A stretch of DNA of 64,000 nt, taken from positions 18,166,001-18,230,000 of the forward strand of contig CM120640.1 of assembly GCA_051362555.1 (NCBI GenBank), read 5' to 3'. Of this stretch, positions 12,201 to 27,200 are shown piece after piece. A program made the position numbers and the translations under genes. Position 1 is the first letter of the stretch, and each line of letters starts with the position of its first letter. The stretch comes from Lingula anatina (Eukaryota > Animalia > Brachiopoda). The notes under the pieces were generated by a model. That model was not told the DNA's origin. It did not search any database and was given only the letters and a program-made list of their open reading frames with translations.

Positions 12201-15200
12201 TTGGATGCAGGGTACTTGCTCCATATTGTCTTTTTTCAATGCTTGTAAAATGCTAGGGTCTATCAAGTCTTCTATGATGGAGGATACGACATTGTCAGGG
12301 AAGACGAGTGTTTTTCCATGGAAACTCTGACTTAACAAATTAATGTTTGAATCGATGTCCACAGGAGAAAAAGAAAGATTCATGGTCTCACTTTGACTTT
12401 GCAGTGTTTCTTTTTTCCCGTCTTCTTTCGTACTGCTATCAAACTCTCTTGAATGTTCTGTCTCAGCTACATGTAATAAGCTTTGGATTTTCTTGGCCTA
12501 TATTAATAAGATTTTATCATTAATGATCAAGTAAATAACAAGTTCTACAAAAGAATGAAAACAAATTCATGAAGCAAAGTTCCCAATTAGGTCTTTATCA
12601 TATGATATGAGAAATATTCACAAAAATTTCTTATAACACCCCATTTCCTACTTAATATCGACCTAACTCCCTGGGGGTTCACGCTAAATAGCTGTCAGAA
12701 GGGCCGACATGAAAGTTAATTACCCCTTACAGCTTGTAGTAGGAGGGACGGACATTTAAGTCGGATTATCTGAAAATAATCTAGTGAGACTCCCCACGGG
12801 GATAGATCGATCTAAAATCTATGGGAATAGAGCCTAAGACTTAATGTACTTATGACTCTGAGAAATGCACAGTACCACTTATTATTAAAGTTGCAAATAT
12901 CACAAATAGCTGGTAAAATGAACTTCAGAAACGTTTGGTTGTAACCCGAAGAAAAAGTGTGTGTCATTAACTGTTTACCTCAGTTTTCGGCAAAGTGGGT
13001 TCAATCTTATCTTGTTCCATTGTCAAATAGGCACGTTTTTGGATGCATGGAATTTTTCTCATTTCTCGGCCCCCTTTCTTCATATTTTGATATATAGAGG
13101 CCATAGATGTACTAATTTGGATGCAGGGTACTTGGTCCATATCGTCTTTTTTCAATGCTTGTGCTTTAGATACAGGTCCCATCAGTAAAATGCTAGGGTC
13201 TATCAAGTCTTCTATGATGGAGGACATGACATTGTCAGGGAAGACAAGTGTTTTTCCATGGAAACTCTGTCTTAGCAAAATAATGCTTGCATTGATGTCC
13301 ACAGGAGAAACAGAAAGACTCATGGTCTTACTTCGACTTTGCAGTGTTTCTTTTTTCCTGTCTTCTTTGGTGCTGCTATCAAACTCTCTTGAATGTTCTG
13401 TCTTAGGTACATGTAAAAAGCTCTGGATTTTCTTGGCCTATATTAATAAGATTTTATCATTAATGATCAAGTAAATAACAAGTTCTACAAAAGAATGAAA
13501 ACAAATTCATGAAGCAAAGTTCACAATTAGGTCTTTATCATATGATATGAAAAAATATTGACAAAAATTTCTTATAAGACTTAATGTACTTATGACTCTG
13601 AGAAATACATAGTACCACTTATTATTAAAGATGCAAATATCACAAATAGCTGGTAATATAAACTTCAGAAACGTTTGGTTATAACCCAAAGTAAAAGTGT
13701 GTGTGTCATTAACTGTTTACCTCAGTTTTCGGCAAAGTGGGTTCTATCTTATCTTGTTCCATTGTCAAATAGGCACGTTTTTGGATGCATGGAATTTTTC
13801 TCGTTTCTTGGCCCCCTTTCTTCATATTTTGATATATAGAGGCCATAGATGTACTTTTTTGGATGCAGGGTACTTGGTCCATATCGTCTTTTTTCAATGC
13901 TTGTAAAATGCTAGGGTCTATCAAGTCTTCTATGATGGAGGACATGACATTGTCAGGGAAGACGAGTGTTTTTCCATGGAAACTCTGTCTTAGCAAAATA
14001 ATGCTTGCATTGATGTCCACATGAGAAACAGAAAGACTCATGGTCTTACTTCGACTTTGCAGTGTTTCTTTTTTCCTGTCTTCTTTGGTGCTGCTATCAA
14101 ACTCTCTTGAATGTTCCGTCTTAGGTACATGTAAAAAGCTCTGGATTTTCTTGGCCTATATTAATAAAATTTTATCATTAATGATCAAGTAAATAACAAG
14201 TTCTACAAAAGAATGAAAACAAATTCATGAAGCAAAGTTCACAATTAGGTCTTTATCATATGATATAAAAAAATATTAACAAAAACTTCTTATAAGACTT
14301 AATGTACTTATGACTCTGAGAAATACATAGTACCACTTATTATTAAAGATGCAAATATCACAAATAGCTGGTAAAATGAACTTCAGAAACGTTTGGTTGT
14401 AACCCGAAGAAAAAGTGTGTGTGTCATTAACTGTTTACCTCAGTTTTCGGCAAAGTGGGTTCAATCTTATCTTGTTCCATTGTCAAATAGGCACGTTTTT
14501 GGATGCATGGAATTTTTCTCGTTTCTCGGCCCCCTTTCTTCATATTTTGATATATAGAGGCCATAGATGTACTTTTTTGGATGCAGGGTACTTGGTCCAT
14601 ATCATCTTTTTTCAATGCTTGTGCTTTAGATACAGGTCCCATCAGTAAAATGCTAGGGTCTATCAAGTCTTCTATGATGGAGGACATGACATTGTCAGGG
14701 AAGACGAGTGTTTTTCCATGGAAACTCTGTCTTAGCAAAATAATGCTTGCATTGATGTCCACAGGAGAAACAGAAAGACTCATGGTCTCACTTTGACTTT
14801 GCAGTGTTTCTTTTTTCCTGTCTTCTTTCGTGCTGCTATCAAACTCTCTTGAATGTTCTGTCTCAGCTACATGTAAAAAGCTCTGGATTTTCTTGGCCTA
14901 TATTAATAAAATTTTATCATTAATGATCAAGTAAATAACAAGTTCTACAAAAGAATAAAAACAAATTCATGAAGCAAAGTTCACAATTAGGTCTTTATCA
15001 TATGATATGAAAAAATATTGACAAAAAGCTCTTATAAGACTTTATGTATACTTATGACTCTGAGAAATGCATAGTACCACTTATTATTAAAGATGCAAAT
15101 ATCACAAATAGCTGGTAAAATGAACTTCAGAAATGTTTCGTTATAACCCGAAGAAAAAGTATGCGTGTCATTAACTGTTTACCTCAGTTTTCCGCAAAGT

Positions 15201-18200
15201 GGGTTCAATCTTATCTTGTTCCATTGTCAAATAGGAACGTTTTTGGATGCATGGAATTTTTCTCGTTTCTCGGCCCCCTTTCTTCATATTTTGATATATA
15301 GAGGCCATAGATGTACTTTTTTGGATGCAGGGTACTTGGTCCATATCGTCTTTTTTCAATGCTTGTAAAATGCTAGGGTCTATCAAGTCTTCTATGATGG
15401 AGGACATGACATTGTCAGGGAAGACGAGTGTTTTTCCATGGAAACTCTGTCTTAGCAAAATAATGCTTGCATTGATGTCCACATGAGAAACAGAAAGACT
15501 CATGGTCTTACTTCGACTTTGCAGTGTTTCTTTTTTCCTGTCTTCTTTGGTGCTGCTATCAAACTCTCTTGAATGTTCCGTCTTAGGTACATGTAAAAAG
15601 CTCTGGATTTTCTTGGCCTATATTAATAAAATTTTATCATTAATGATCAAGTAAATAACAAGTTCTACAAAAGAATGAAAACAAATTCATGAAGCAAAGT
15701 TCACAATTAGGTCTTTATCATATGATATAAAAAAATATTAACAAAAACTTCTTATAAGACTTAATGTACTTATGACTCTGAGAAATACATAGTACCACTT
15801 ATTATTAAAGATGCAAATATCACAAATAGCTGGTAAAATGAACTTCAGAAACGTTTGGTTGTAACCCGAAGAAAAAGTGTGTGTGTCATTAACTGTTTAC
15901 CTCAGTTTTCGGCAAAGTGGGTTCAATCTTATCTTGTTCCATTGTCAAATAGGCACGTTTTTGGATGCATGGAATTTTTCTCGTTTCTCGGCCCCCTTTC
16001 TTCATATTTTGATATATAGAGGCCATAGATGTACTTTTTTGGATGCAGGGTACTTGGTCCATATCATCTTTTTTCAATGCTTGTGCTTTAGATACAGGTC
16101 CCATCAGTAAAATGCTAGGGTCTATCAAGTCTTCTATGATGGAGGACATGACATTGTCAGGGAAGACGAGTGTTTTTCCATGGAAACTCTGTCTTAGCAA
16201 AATAATGCTTGCATTGATGTCCACAGGAGAAACAGAAAGACTCATGGTCTCACTTTGACTTTGCAGTGTTTCTTTTTTCCTGTCTTCTTTCGTGCTGCTA
16301 TCAAACTCTCTTGAATGTTCTGTCTCAGCTACATGTAAAAAGCTCTGGATTTTCTTGGCCTATATTAATAAAATTTTATCATTAATGATCAAGTAAATAA
16401 CAAGTTCTACAAAAGAATAAAAACAAATTCATGAAGCAAAGTTCACAATTAGGTCTTTATCATATGATATGAAAAAATATTGACAAAAAGCTCTTATAAG
16501 ACTTTATGTATACTTATGACTCTGAGAAATGCATAGTACCACTTATTATTAAAGATGCAAATATCACAAATAGCTGGTAAAATGAACTTCAGAAATGTTT
16601 CGTTATAACCCGAAGAAAAAGTATGCGTGTCATTAACTGTTTACCTCAGTTTTCCGCAAAGTGGGTTCAATCTTATCTTGTTCCATTGTCAAATAGGAAC
16701 GTTTTTGGATGCATGGAATTTTTCTCGTTTCTCGGCCCCCTTTCTTCATATTTTGATATATAGAGGCCATAGATGTACTTTTTTGGATGCAGGGTACTTG
16801 GTCCATATCGTCTTTTTTCAATGCTTGTAAAATGCTAGGGTCTATCAAGTCTTCTATGATGGAGGACATGACATTGTCAGGGAAGACGAGTGTTTTTCCA
16901 TGGAAACTCTGTCTTAGCAAAATAATGCTTGCATTGATGTCCACATGAGAAACAGAAAGACTCATGGTCTTACTTCGACTTTGCAGTGTTTCTTTTTTCC
17001 TGTCTTCTTTGGTGCTGCTATCAAACTCTCTTGAATGTTCCGTCTTAGGTACATGTAAAAAGCTCTGGATTTTCTTGGCCTATATTAATAAAATTTTATC
17101 ATTAATGATCAAGTAAATAACAAGTTCTACAAAAGAATGAAAACAAATTCATGAAGCAAAGTTCACAATTAGGTCTTTATCATATGATATAAAAAAATAT
17201 TAACAAAAACTTCTTATAAGACTTAATGTACTTATGACTCTGAGAAATACATAGTACCACTTATTATTAAAGATGCAAATATCACAAATAGCTGGTAAAA
17301 TGAACTTCAGAAACGTTTGGTTGTAACCCGAAGAAAAAGTGTGTGTGTCATTAACTGTTTACCTCAGTTTTCGGCAAAGTGGGTTCAATCTTATCTTGTT
17401 CCATTGTCAAATAGGCACGTTTTTGGATGCATGGAATTTTTCTCGTTTCTCGGCCCCCTTTCTTCATATTTTGATATATAGAGGCCATAGATGTACTTTT
17501 TTGGATGCAGGGTACTTGGTCCATATCATCTTTTTTCAATGCTTGTGCTTTAGATACAGGTCCCATCAGTAAAATGCTAGGGTCTATCAAGTCTTCTATG
17601 ATGGAGGACATGACATTGTCAGGGAAGACGAGTGTTTTTCCATGGAAACTCTGTCTTAGCAAAATAATGCTTGCATTGATGTCCACAGGAGAAACAGAAA
17701 GACTCATGGTCTCACTTTGACTTTGCAGTGTTTCTTTTTTCCTGTCTTCTTTCGTGCTGCTATCAAACTCTCTTGAATGTTCTGTCTCAGCTACATGTAA
17801 AAAGCTCTGGATTTTCTTGGCCTATATTAATAAAATTTTATCATTAATGATCAAGTAAATAACAAGTTCTACAAAAGAATAAAAACAAATTCATGAAGCA
17901 AAGTTCACAATTAGGTCTTTATCATATGATATGAAAAAATATTGACAAAAAGCTCTTATAAGACTTTATGTATACTTATGACTCTGAGAAATGCATAGTA
18001 CCACTTATTATTAAAGATGCAAATATCACAAATAGCTGGTAAAATGAACTTCAGAAATGTTTCGTTATAACCCGAAGAAAAAGTATGCGTGTCATTAACT
18101 GTTTACCTCAGTTTTCCGCAAAGTGGGTTCAATCTTATCTTGTTCCATTGTCAAATAGGAACGTTTTTGGATGCATGGAATTTTTCTCGTTTCTCGGCCC

Positions 18201-21200
18201 CCTTTCTTCATATTTTGATATATAGAGGCCATAGATGTACTTTTTTGGATGCAGGGTACTTGGTCCATATCGTCTTTTTTCAATGCTTGTAAAATGCTAG
18301 GGTCTATCAAGTCTTCTATGATGGAGGACATGACATTGTCAGGGAAGACGAGTGTTTTTCCATGGAAACTCTGTCTTAGCAAAATAATGCTTGCATTGAT
18401 GTCCACATGAGAAACAGAAAGACTCATGGTCTTACTTCGACTTTGCAGTGTTTCTTTTTTCCTGTCTTCTTTGGTGCTGCTATCAAACTCTCTTGAATGT
18501 TCCGTCTTAGGTACATGTAAAAAGCTCTGGATTTTCTTGGCCTATATTAATAAAATTTTATCATTAATGATCAAGTAAATAACAAGTTCTACAAAAGAAT
18601 GAAAACAAATTCATGAAGCAAAGTTCACAATTAGGTCTTTATCATATGATATAAAAAAATATTAACAAAAACTTCTTATAAGACTTAATGTACTTATGAC
18701 TCTGAGAAATACATAGTACCACTTATTATTAAAGATGCAAATATCACAAATAGCTGGTAAAATGAACTTCAGAAACGTTTGGTTGTAACCCGAAGAAAAA
18801 GTGTGTGTGTCATTAACTGTTTACCTCAGTTTTCGGCAAAGTGGGTTCAATCTTATCTTGTTCCATTGTCAAATAGGCACGTTTTTGGATGCATGGAATT
18901 TTTCTCGTTTCTCGGCCCCCTTTCTTCATATTTTGATATATAGAGGCCATAGATGTACTTTTTTGGATGCAGGGTACTTGGTCCATATCATCTTTTTTCA
19001 ATGCTTGTGCTTTAGATACAGGTCCCATCAGTAAAATGCTAGGGTCTATCAAGTCTTCTATGATGGAGGACATGACATTGTCAGGGAAGACGAGTGTTTT
19101 TCCATGGAAACTCTGTCTTAGCAAAATAATGCTTGCATTGATGTCCACAGGAGAAACAGAAAGACTCATGGTCTCACTTTGACTTTGCAGTGTTTCTTTT
19201 TTCCTGTCTTCTTTGGTGCTGTTATCAAACTCTCTTGAATATTCTGTCTTAGGTACATGTAAAAAGCTCTGGATTTTCTTGGCCTATATTAATAAGATTT
19301 TATCATTAATGATCAAGTAAATAACAAGTTCTACAAAAGAATGAAAACAAATTCATGAAGCAAAGTTCACAATTAGGTCTTTATCATATGATATGAAAAA
19401 ATATTGACAAAAACTTCTTATAAGACTTTATTTACTTATGACTCTGAGAAATGCATAGTACCACTTATTATTAAAGATGCAAATATCACAAATAGCTGGT
19501 AAAATGAACTTCAGAAATGTTTCTTTATAACCCGAAGAAAAAGTATGCGTGTCATTAACTGTTTACCTCAGTTTTCCCCAAAGTGGGTTCAATCTTATCT
19601 TGTTCCATTGTCAAATAGGAACGTTTTTGGATGCATGGAATTTTTCTCGTTTCTCGGCCCCCTTTCTTCATATTTTGATATATAGAGGCCATAGATGTAC
19701 TTTTTTGGATGCAGGGTACTTGGTCCATATCGTCTTTTTTCAATGCTTGTAAAATGCTAGGGTCTATCAAGTCTTCTATGATGGAGGACATGACATTGTC
19801 AGGGAAGACGAGTGTTTTTCCATGGAAACTCTGTCTTAGCAAAATAATGCTTGCATTGATGTCCACAGGAGAAACAGAAAGACTCATGGTCTTACTTCGA
19901 CTTTGCAGTGTTTCTTTTTTCCTGTCTTCTTTGGTGCTGCTATCAAACTCTCTTGAATGTTCCGTCTTAGGTACATGTAAAAAGCTCTGGATTTTCTTGG
20001 CCTATATTAATAAAATTTTATCATTAATGATCAAGTAAATAACAAGTTCTACAAAAGAATGAAAACAAATTCATGAAGCAAAGTTCACAATTAGGTCTTT
20101 ATCAAATGATATAAAAAAATATTAACAAAAACTTCTTATAAGACTTAATGTACTTATGACTCTGAGAAATACATAGTACCACTTATTATTAAAGATGCAA
20201 ATATCACAAATAGCTGGTAAAATGAACTTCAGAAACGTTTGGTTGTAACCCGAAGAAAAAGTGTGTGTGTCATTAACTGTTTACCTCAGTTTTCGGCAAA
20301 GTGGGTTCAATCTTATCTTGTTCCATTGTCAAATAGGCACGTTTTTGGATGCATGGAATTTTTCTCGTTTCTCGGCCCCCTTTCTTCATATTTTGATATA
20401 TAGAGGCCATAGATGTACTTTTTTGGATGCAGGGTACTTGGTCCATATCATCTTTTTTCAATGCTTGTGCTTTAGATACAGGTCCCATCAGTAAAATGCT
20501 AGGGTCTATCAAGTCTTCTATGATGGAGGACATGACATTGTCAGGGAAGACGAGTGTTTTTCCATGGAAACTCTGTCTTAGCAAAATAATGCTTGCATTG
20601 ATGTCCACAGGAGAAACAGAAAGACTCATGGTCTTACTTCGACTTTGCAGTGTTTCTTTTTTCCTGTCTTCTTTGGTGCTGTTATCAAACTCTCTTGAAT
20701 GTTCTGTCTTAGGTACATGTAAAAAGCTCTGGATTTTCTTGGCCTATATTAATAAGATTTTATCATTAATGATCAAGTAAATAACAAATTCTACAAAAGA
20801 ATAAAAACAAATTCATGAAGCAAAGTTCACAATTAGGTCTTTATCATATGATATGAAAAAATATTGACAAAAATTTCTTATAAGACTTTATGTACTTATG
20901 ACTCTGAGAAATGCATAGTACCACTTATTATTAAAGATGCAAATATCACAAATAGCTGGTAAAATGAACTTCAGAAATGTTTCGTTATAACCCGAAGAAA
21001 AGGTATGCGTGTCATTAACTGTTTACCTCAGTTTTCCGCAAAGTGGGTTCAATCTTATCTTGTTCCATTGTCAAATAGGAACGTTTTTGGATGCATGGAA
21101 TTTTTCTCGTTTCTCGGCCCCCTTTCTTCATATTTTGATATATAGAGGCCATAGATGTACTTTTTTGGATGCAGGGTACTTGGTCCATATCGTCTTTTTT

Positions 21201-24200
21201 CAATGCTTGTAAAATGCTAGGGTCTATCAAGTCTTCTATGATGGAGGACATGACATTGTCAGGGAAGACGAGTGTTTTTCCATGGAAACTCTGTCTTAGC
21301 AAAATAATGCTTGCATTGATGTCCACATGAGAAACAGAAAGACTCATGGTCTTACTTCGACTTTGCAGTGTTTCTTTTTTCCTGTCTTCTTTCATGCTGC
21401 TATCAAACTCTCTTGAATGTTCTGTCTCAGCTACATGTAAAAAGCTCTGGATTTTCTTGGCCTATATTAATAAAATTTTATCATTAATGATCAAGTAAAA
21501 AACAAGTTCTACAAAAGAATGAAAACAAATTCATGAAGCAAAGTTCACAATTAGGTCTTTATCATATGATATGAAAAAAATATTAACAAAAACTTCTTAT
21601 AAGACTTAATGTACTTATGACTCTGAGAAATACATAGTACCACTTATTATTAAAGATGCAAATATCACAAATAGCTGGTAAAATGAACTTCAGAAACGTT
21701 TGGTTGTAACCCGAAGAAAAAGTGTGTGTGTCATTTATTGTTTACCTCAGTTTTCGGCAAAGTGGGTTCAATCTTATCTTGTTCCATTGTCAAATAGGCA
21801 CGTTTTTGGATGCATGGAATTTTTCTCGTTTCTTGGCCCCCTTTCTTCATATTTTGATATATAGAGGCCATAGATGTACTTTTTTGGATGCAGGGTACTT
21901 GGTCCATATCGTCTTTTTTCAATGCTTGTGCTTTAGATACAGGTTCCATCAGTAAAATGCTAGGGTCTATCAAGTCTTCTATGATGGAGAACATGACATT
22001 GTCAGGGAAGACGAGTGTTTTTCCATGGAAACTCTGTCTTAGCAAAATAATGCTTGCATTGATGTCCACAGGAGAAACAGAAAGACTCATGGTCTCACTT
22101 TGACTTTGCAGTGTTTCTTTTTTCCTGTCTTCTTTCAGGCTGCTATCAAACTCTCTTGAATGTTCTGTCTCAGCTACATGTAAAAAGCTCTGGATTTTCT
22201 TGGCCTATATTAATAAGATTTTATCATTAATGATCAAGTAAATAACAAATTCTACAAAAGAATAAAAACAAATTCATGAAGCAAAGTTCACAATTAGGTC
22301 TTTATCATATGATATGAAAAAATATTGACAAAAATTTCTTATAAGACTTTATGTACTTATGACTCTGAGAAATGCATAGTACCACTTATTATTAAAGATG
22401 CAAATATCACAAATAGCTGGTAAAATGAACTTCAGAAATGTTTCGTTATAACCCGAAGAAAAGGTATGCGTGTCATTAACTGTTTACCTCAGTTTTCCGC
22501 AAAGTGGGTTCAATCTTATCTTGTTCCATTGTCAAATAGGAACGTTTTTGGATGCATGGAATTTTTCTCGTTTCTCGGCCCCCTTTCTTCATATTTTGAT
22601 ATATAGAGGCCATAGATGTACTTTTTTGGATGCAGGGTACTTGGTCCATATCGTCTTTTTTCAATGCTTGTAAAATGCTAGGGTCTATCAAGTCTTCTAT
22701 GATGGAGGACATGACATTGTCAGGGAAGACGAGTGTTTTTCCATGGAAACTCTGTCTTAGCAAAATAATGCTTGCATTGATGTCCACATGAGAAACAGAA
22801 AGACTCATGGTCTTACTTCGACTTTGCAGTGTTTCTTTTTTCCTGTCTTCTTTCATGCTGCTATCAAACTCTCTTGAATGTTCTGTCTCAGCTACATGTA
22901 AAAAGCTCTGGATTTTTTTGGCCTATATTAATAAAATTTTATCATTAATGATCAAGTAAAAAACAAGTTCTACAAAAGAATGAAAACAAATTCATGAAGC
23001 AAAGTTCACAATTAGGTCTTTATCATATGATATGAAAAAAATATTAACAAAAACTTCTTATAAGACTTAATGTACTTATGACTCTGAGAAATACATAGTA
23101 CCACTTATTATTAAAGATGCAAATATCACAAATAGCTGGTAAAATGAACTTCAGAAACGTTTGGTTGTAACCCGAAGAAAAAGTGTGTGTGTCATTTATT
23201 GTTTACCTCAGTTTTCGGCAAAGTGGGTTCAATCTTATCTTGTTCCATTGTCAAATAGGCACGTTTTTGGATGCATGGAATTTTTCTCGTTTCTTGGCCC
23301 CCTTTCTTCATATTTTGATATATAGAGGCCATAGATGTACTTTTTTGGATGCAGGGTACTTGGTCCATATCGTCTTTTTTCAATGCTTGTGCTTTAGATA
23401 CAGGTTCCATCAGTAAAATGCTAGGGTCTATCAAGTCTTCTATGATGGAGAACATGACATTGTCAGGGAAGACGAGTGTTTTTCCATGGAAACTCTGTCT
23501 TAGCAAAATAATGCTTGCATTGATGTCCACAGGAGAAACAGAAAGACTCATGGTCTCACTTTGACTTTGCAGTGTTTCTTTTTTCCTGTCTTCTTTCAGG
23601 CTGCTATCAAACTCTCTTGAATGTTCTGTCTCAGCTACATGTAAAAAGCTCTGGATTTTCTTGGCCTATATTAATAAGATTTTATCATTAATGATCAAGT
23701 AAATAACAAATTCTACAAAAGAATAAAAACAAATTCATGAAGCAAAGTTCACAATTAGGTCTTTATCATATGATATGAAAAAATATTGACAAAAATTTCT
23801 TATAAGACTTTATGTACTTATGACTCTGAGAAATGCATAGTACCACTTATTATTAAAGATGCAAATATCACAAATAGCTGGTAAAATGAACTTCAGAAAT
23901 GTTTCGTTATAACCCGAAGAAAAGGTATGCGTGTCATTAACTGTTTACCTCAGTTTTCCGCAAAGTGGGTTCAATCTTATCTTGTTCCATTGTCAAATAG
24001 GAACGTTTTTGGATGCATGGAATTTTTCTCGTTTCTCGGCCCCCTTTCTTCATATTTTGATATATAGAGGCCATAGATGTACTTTTTTGGATGCAGGGTA
24101 CTTGGTCCATATCGTCTTTTTTCAATGCTTGTAAAATGCTAGGGTCTATCAAGTCTTCTATGATGGAGGACATGACATTGTCAGGGAAGACGAGTGTTTT

Positions 24201-27200
24201 TCCATGGAAACTCTGTCTTAGCAAAATAATGCTTGCATTGATGTCCACATGAGAAACAGAAAGACTCATGGTCTTACTTCGACTTTGCAGTGTTTCTTTT
24301 TTCCTGTCTTCTTTCGCGCTGCTATCAAACTCTCTTGAATGTTCTGTCTCAGCTACATGTAAAAAGCTCTGGATTTTCTTGGCCTATATTAATAAGATTT
24401 TATCATTAATGATCAAGTAAATAACAAATTCTACAAAAGAATAAAAACAAATTCATGAAGCAAAGTTCACAATTAGGTCTTTATCATATGATATGAAAAA
24501 ATATTAACAAAAATTTCTTATAAGACTTTATGTACTTATGACTCTGACAAATGTATAGTACCACTTATTATTAAAGATGCAAATATCACAAATAGCTGGT
24601 AAAATGAACTTCAGAAATGTTTCGTTATAACCCGACGAAAAAGTATGCGTGTCATTAACTGTTTACCTCAGTTTTCCGCAAAGTGGGTTCAATCTTATCT
24701 TGTTCCATTGTCAAATAGGAACGTTTTTGGATGCATGGAATTTTTCTCGTTTCTCGGCCCCCTTTCTTCATATTTTGATATATAGAGGCCATAGATGTAC
24801 TTTTTTGGATGCAGGGTACTTGGTCCATATCGTCTTTTTTCAATGCTTGTAAAATGCTAGGGTCTATCAAGTCTTCTATGATGGAGGACATGACATTGTC
24901 AGGGAAAACGAGTGTTTTTCCATGGAAACTCTGTCTTAGCAAAATAATGCTTGCATTGATGTCCACAGGAGAAACAGAAAGACTCATGGTCTTACTTTGA
25001 CTTTGCAGTGTTTCTTTTTTCCTGTCTTCTTTGGTGCTGCTATCAAACTCTCTTGAATGTTCTGTCTCAGCTACATGTAAAAAGCTCTGGATTTTCTTGG
25101 CCTATATTAATAAAATTTTATCATTAATGATCAAGTAAATAACAAATTCTACAAAAGAATAAAAACAAATTCATGAAGCAAAGTTCACAATTAGGTCTTT
25201 ATCATATGATATGAAAAAATATTAACAAAAATTTCTTATAAGACTTTATGTACTTATGACTCTGACAAATGTATAGTACCACTTATTATTAAAGATGCAA
25301 ATATCACAAATAGCTGGTAAAATGAACTTCAGAAATGTTTCGTTATAACCCGAAGAAAAAGTATGCGTGTCATTAACTGTTTACCTCAGTTTTCCGCAAA
25401 GTGGGTTCAATCTTATCTTGTTCCATTGTCAAATAGGAACGTTTTTGGATGCATGGAATTTTTCTCGTTTCTCGGCCCCCTTTCTTCATATTTTGATATA
25501 TAGAGGCCATAGATGTACTTTTTTGGATGCAGGGTACTTGGTCCATATCGTCTTTTTTCAATGCTTGTAAAATGCTAGGGTCTATCAAGTCTTCTATGAT
25601 GGAGGACATGACATTGTCAGGGAAGACGAGTGTTTTTCCATGGAAACTCTGTCTTAGCAAAATAATGCTTGCATTGATGTCCACATGAGAAACAGAAAGA
25701 CTCATGGTCTTACTTCGACTTTGCAGTGTTTCTTTTTTCCTGTCTTCTTTCGCGCTGCTATCAAACTCTCTTGAATGTTCTGTCTCAGCTACATGTAAAA
25801 AGCTCTGGATTTTCTTGGCCTATATTAATAAGATTTTATCATTAATGATCAAGTAAATAACAAATTCTACAAAAGAATAAAAACAAATTCATGAAGCAAA
25901 GTTCACAATTAGGTCTTTATCATATGATATGAAAAAATATTAACAAAAATTTCTTATAAGACTTTATGTACTTATGACTCTGACAAATGTATAGTACCAC
26001 TTATTATTAAAGATGCAAATATCACAAATAGCTGGTAAAATGAACTTCAGAAATGTTTCGTTATAACCCGAAGAAAAGGTATGCGTGTCATTAACTGTTT
26101 ACCTCAGTTTTCCGCAAAGTGGGTTCAATCTTATCTTGTTCCATTGTCAAATAGGAACGTTTTTGGATGCATGGAATTTTTCTCGTTTCTCGGCCCCCTT
26201 TCTTCATATTTTGATATATAGAGGCCATAGATGTACTTTTTTGGATGCAGGGTACTTGGTCCATATCGTCTTTTTTCAATGCTTGTAAAATGCTAGGGTC
26301 TATCAAGTCTTCTATGATGGAGGACATGACATTGTCAGGGAAGACGAGTGTTTTTCCATGGAAACTCTGTCTTAGCAAAATAATGCTTGCATTGATGTCC
26401 ACATGAGAAACAGAAAGACTCATGGTCTTACTTCGACTTTGCAGTGTTTCTTTTTTCCTGTCTTCTTTCGCGCTGCTATCAAACTCTCTTGAATGTTCTG
26501 TCTCAGCTACATGTAAAAAGCTCTGGATTTTCTTGGCCTATATTAATAAGATTTTATCATTAATGATCAAGTAAATAACAAATTCTACAAAAGAATAAAA
26601 ACAAATTCATGAAGCAAAGTTCACAATTAGGTCTTTATCATATGATATGAAAAAATATTAACAAAAATTTCTTATAAGACTTTATGTACTTATGACTCTG
26701 ACAAATGTATAGTACCACTTATTATTAAAGATGCAAATATCACAAATAGCTGGTAAAATGAACTTCAGAAATGTTTCGTTATAACCCGAAGAAAAAGTAT
26801 GCGTGTCATTAACTGTTTACCTCAGTTTTCCGCAAAGTGGGTTCAATCTTATCTTGTTCCATTGTCAAATAGGAACGTTTTTGGATGCATGGAATTTTTC
26901 TCGTTTCTCGGCCCCCTTTCTTCATATTTTGATATATAGAGGCCATAGATGTACTTTTTTGGATGCAGGGTACTTGGTCCATATCGTCTTTTTTCAATGC
27001 TTGTAAAATGCTAGGGTCTATCAAGTCTTCTATGATGGAGGACATGACATTGTCAGGGAAAACGAGTGTTTTTCCATGGAAACTCTGTCTTAGCAAAATA
27101 ATGCTTGCATTGATGTCCACAGGAGAAACAGAAAGACTCATGGTCTTACTTTGACTTTGCAGTGTTTCTTTTTTCCTGTCTTCTTTGGTGCTGCTATCAA

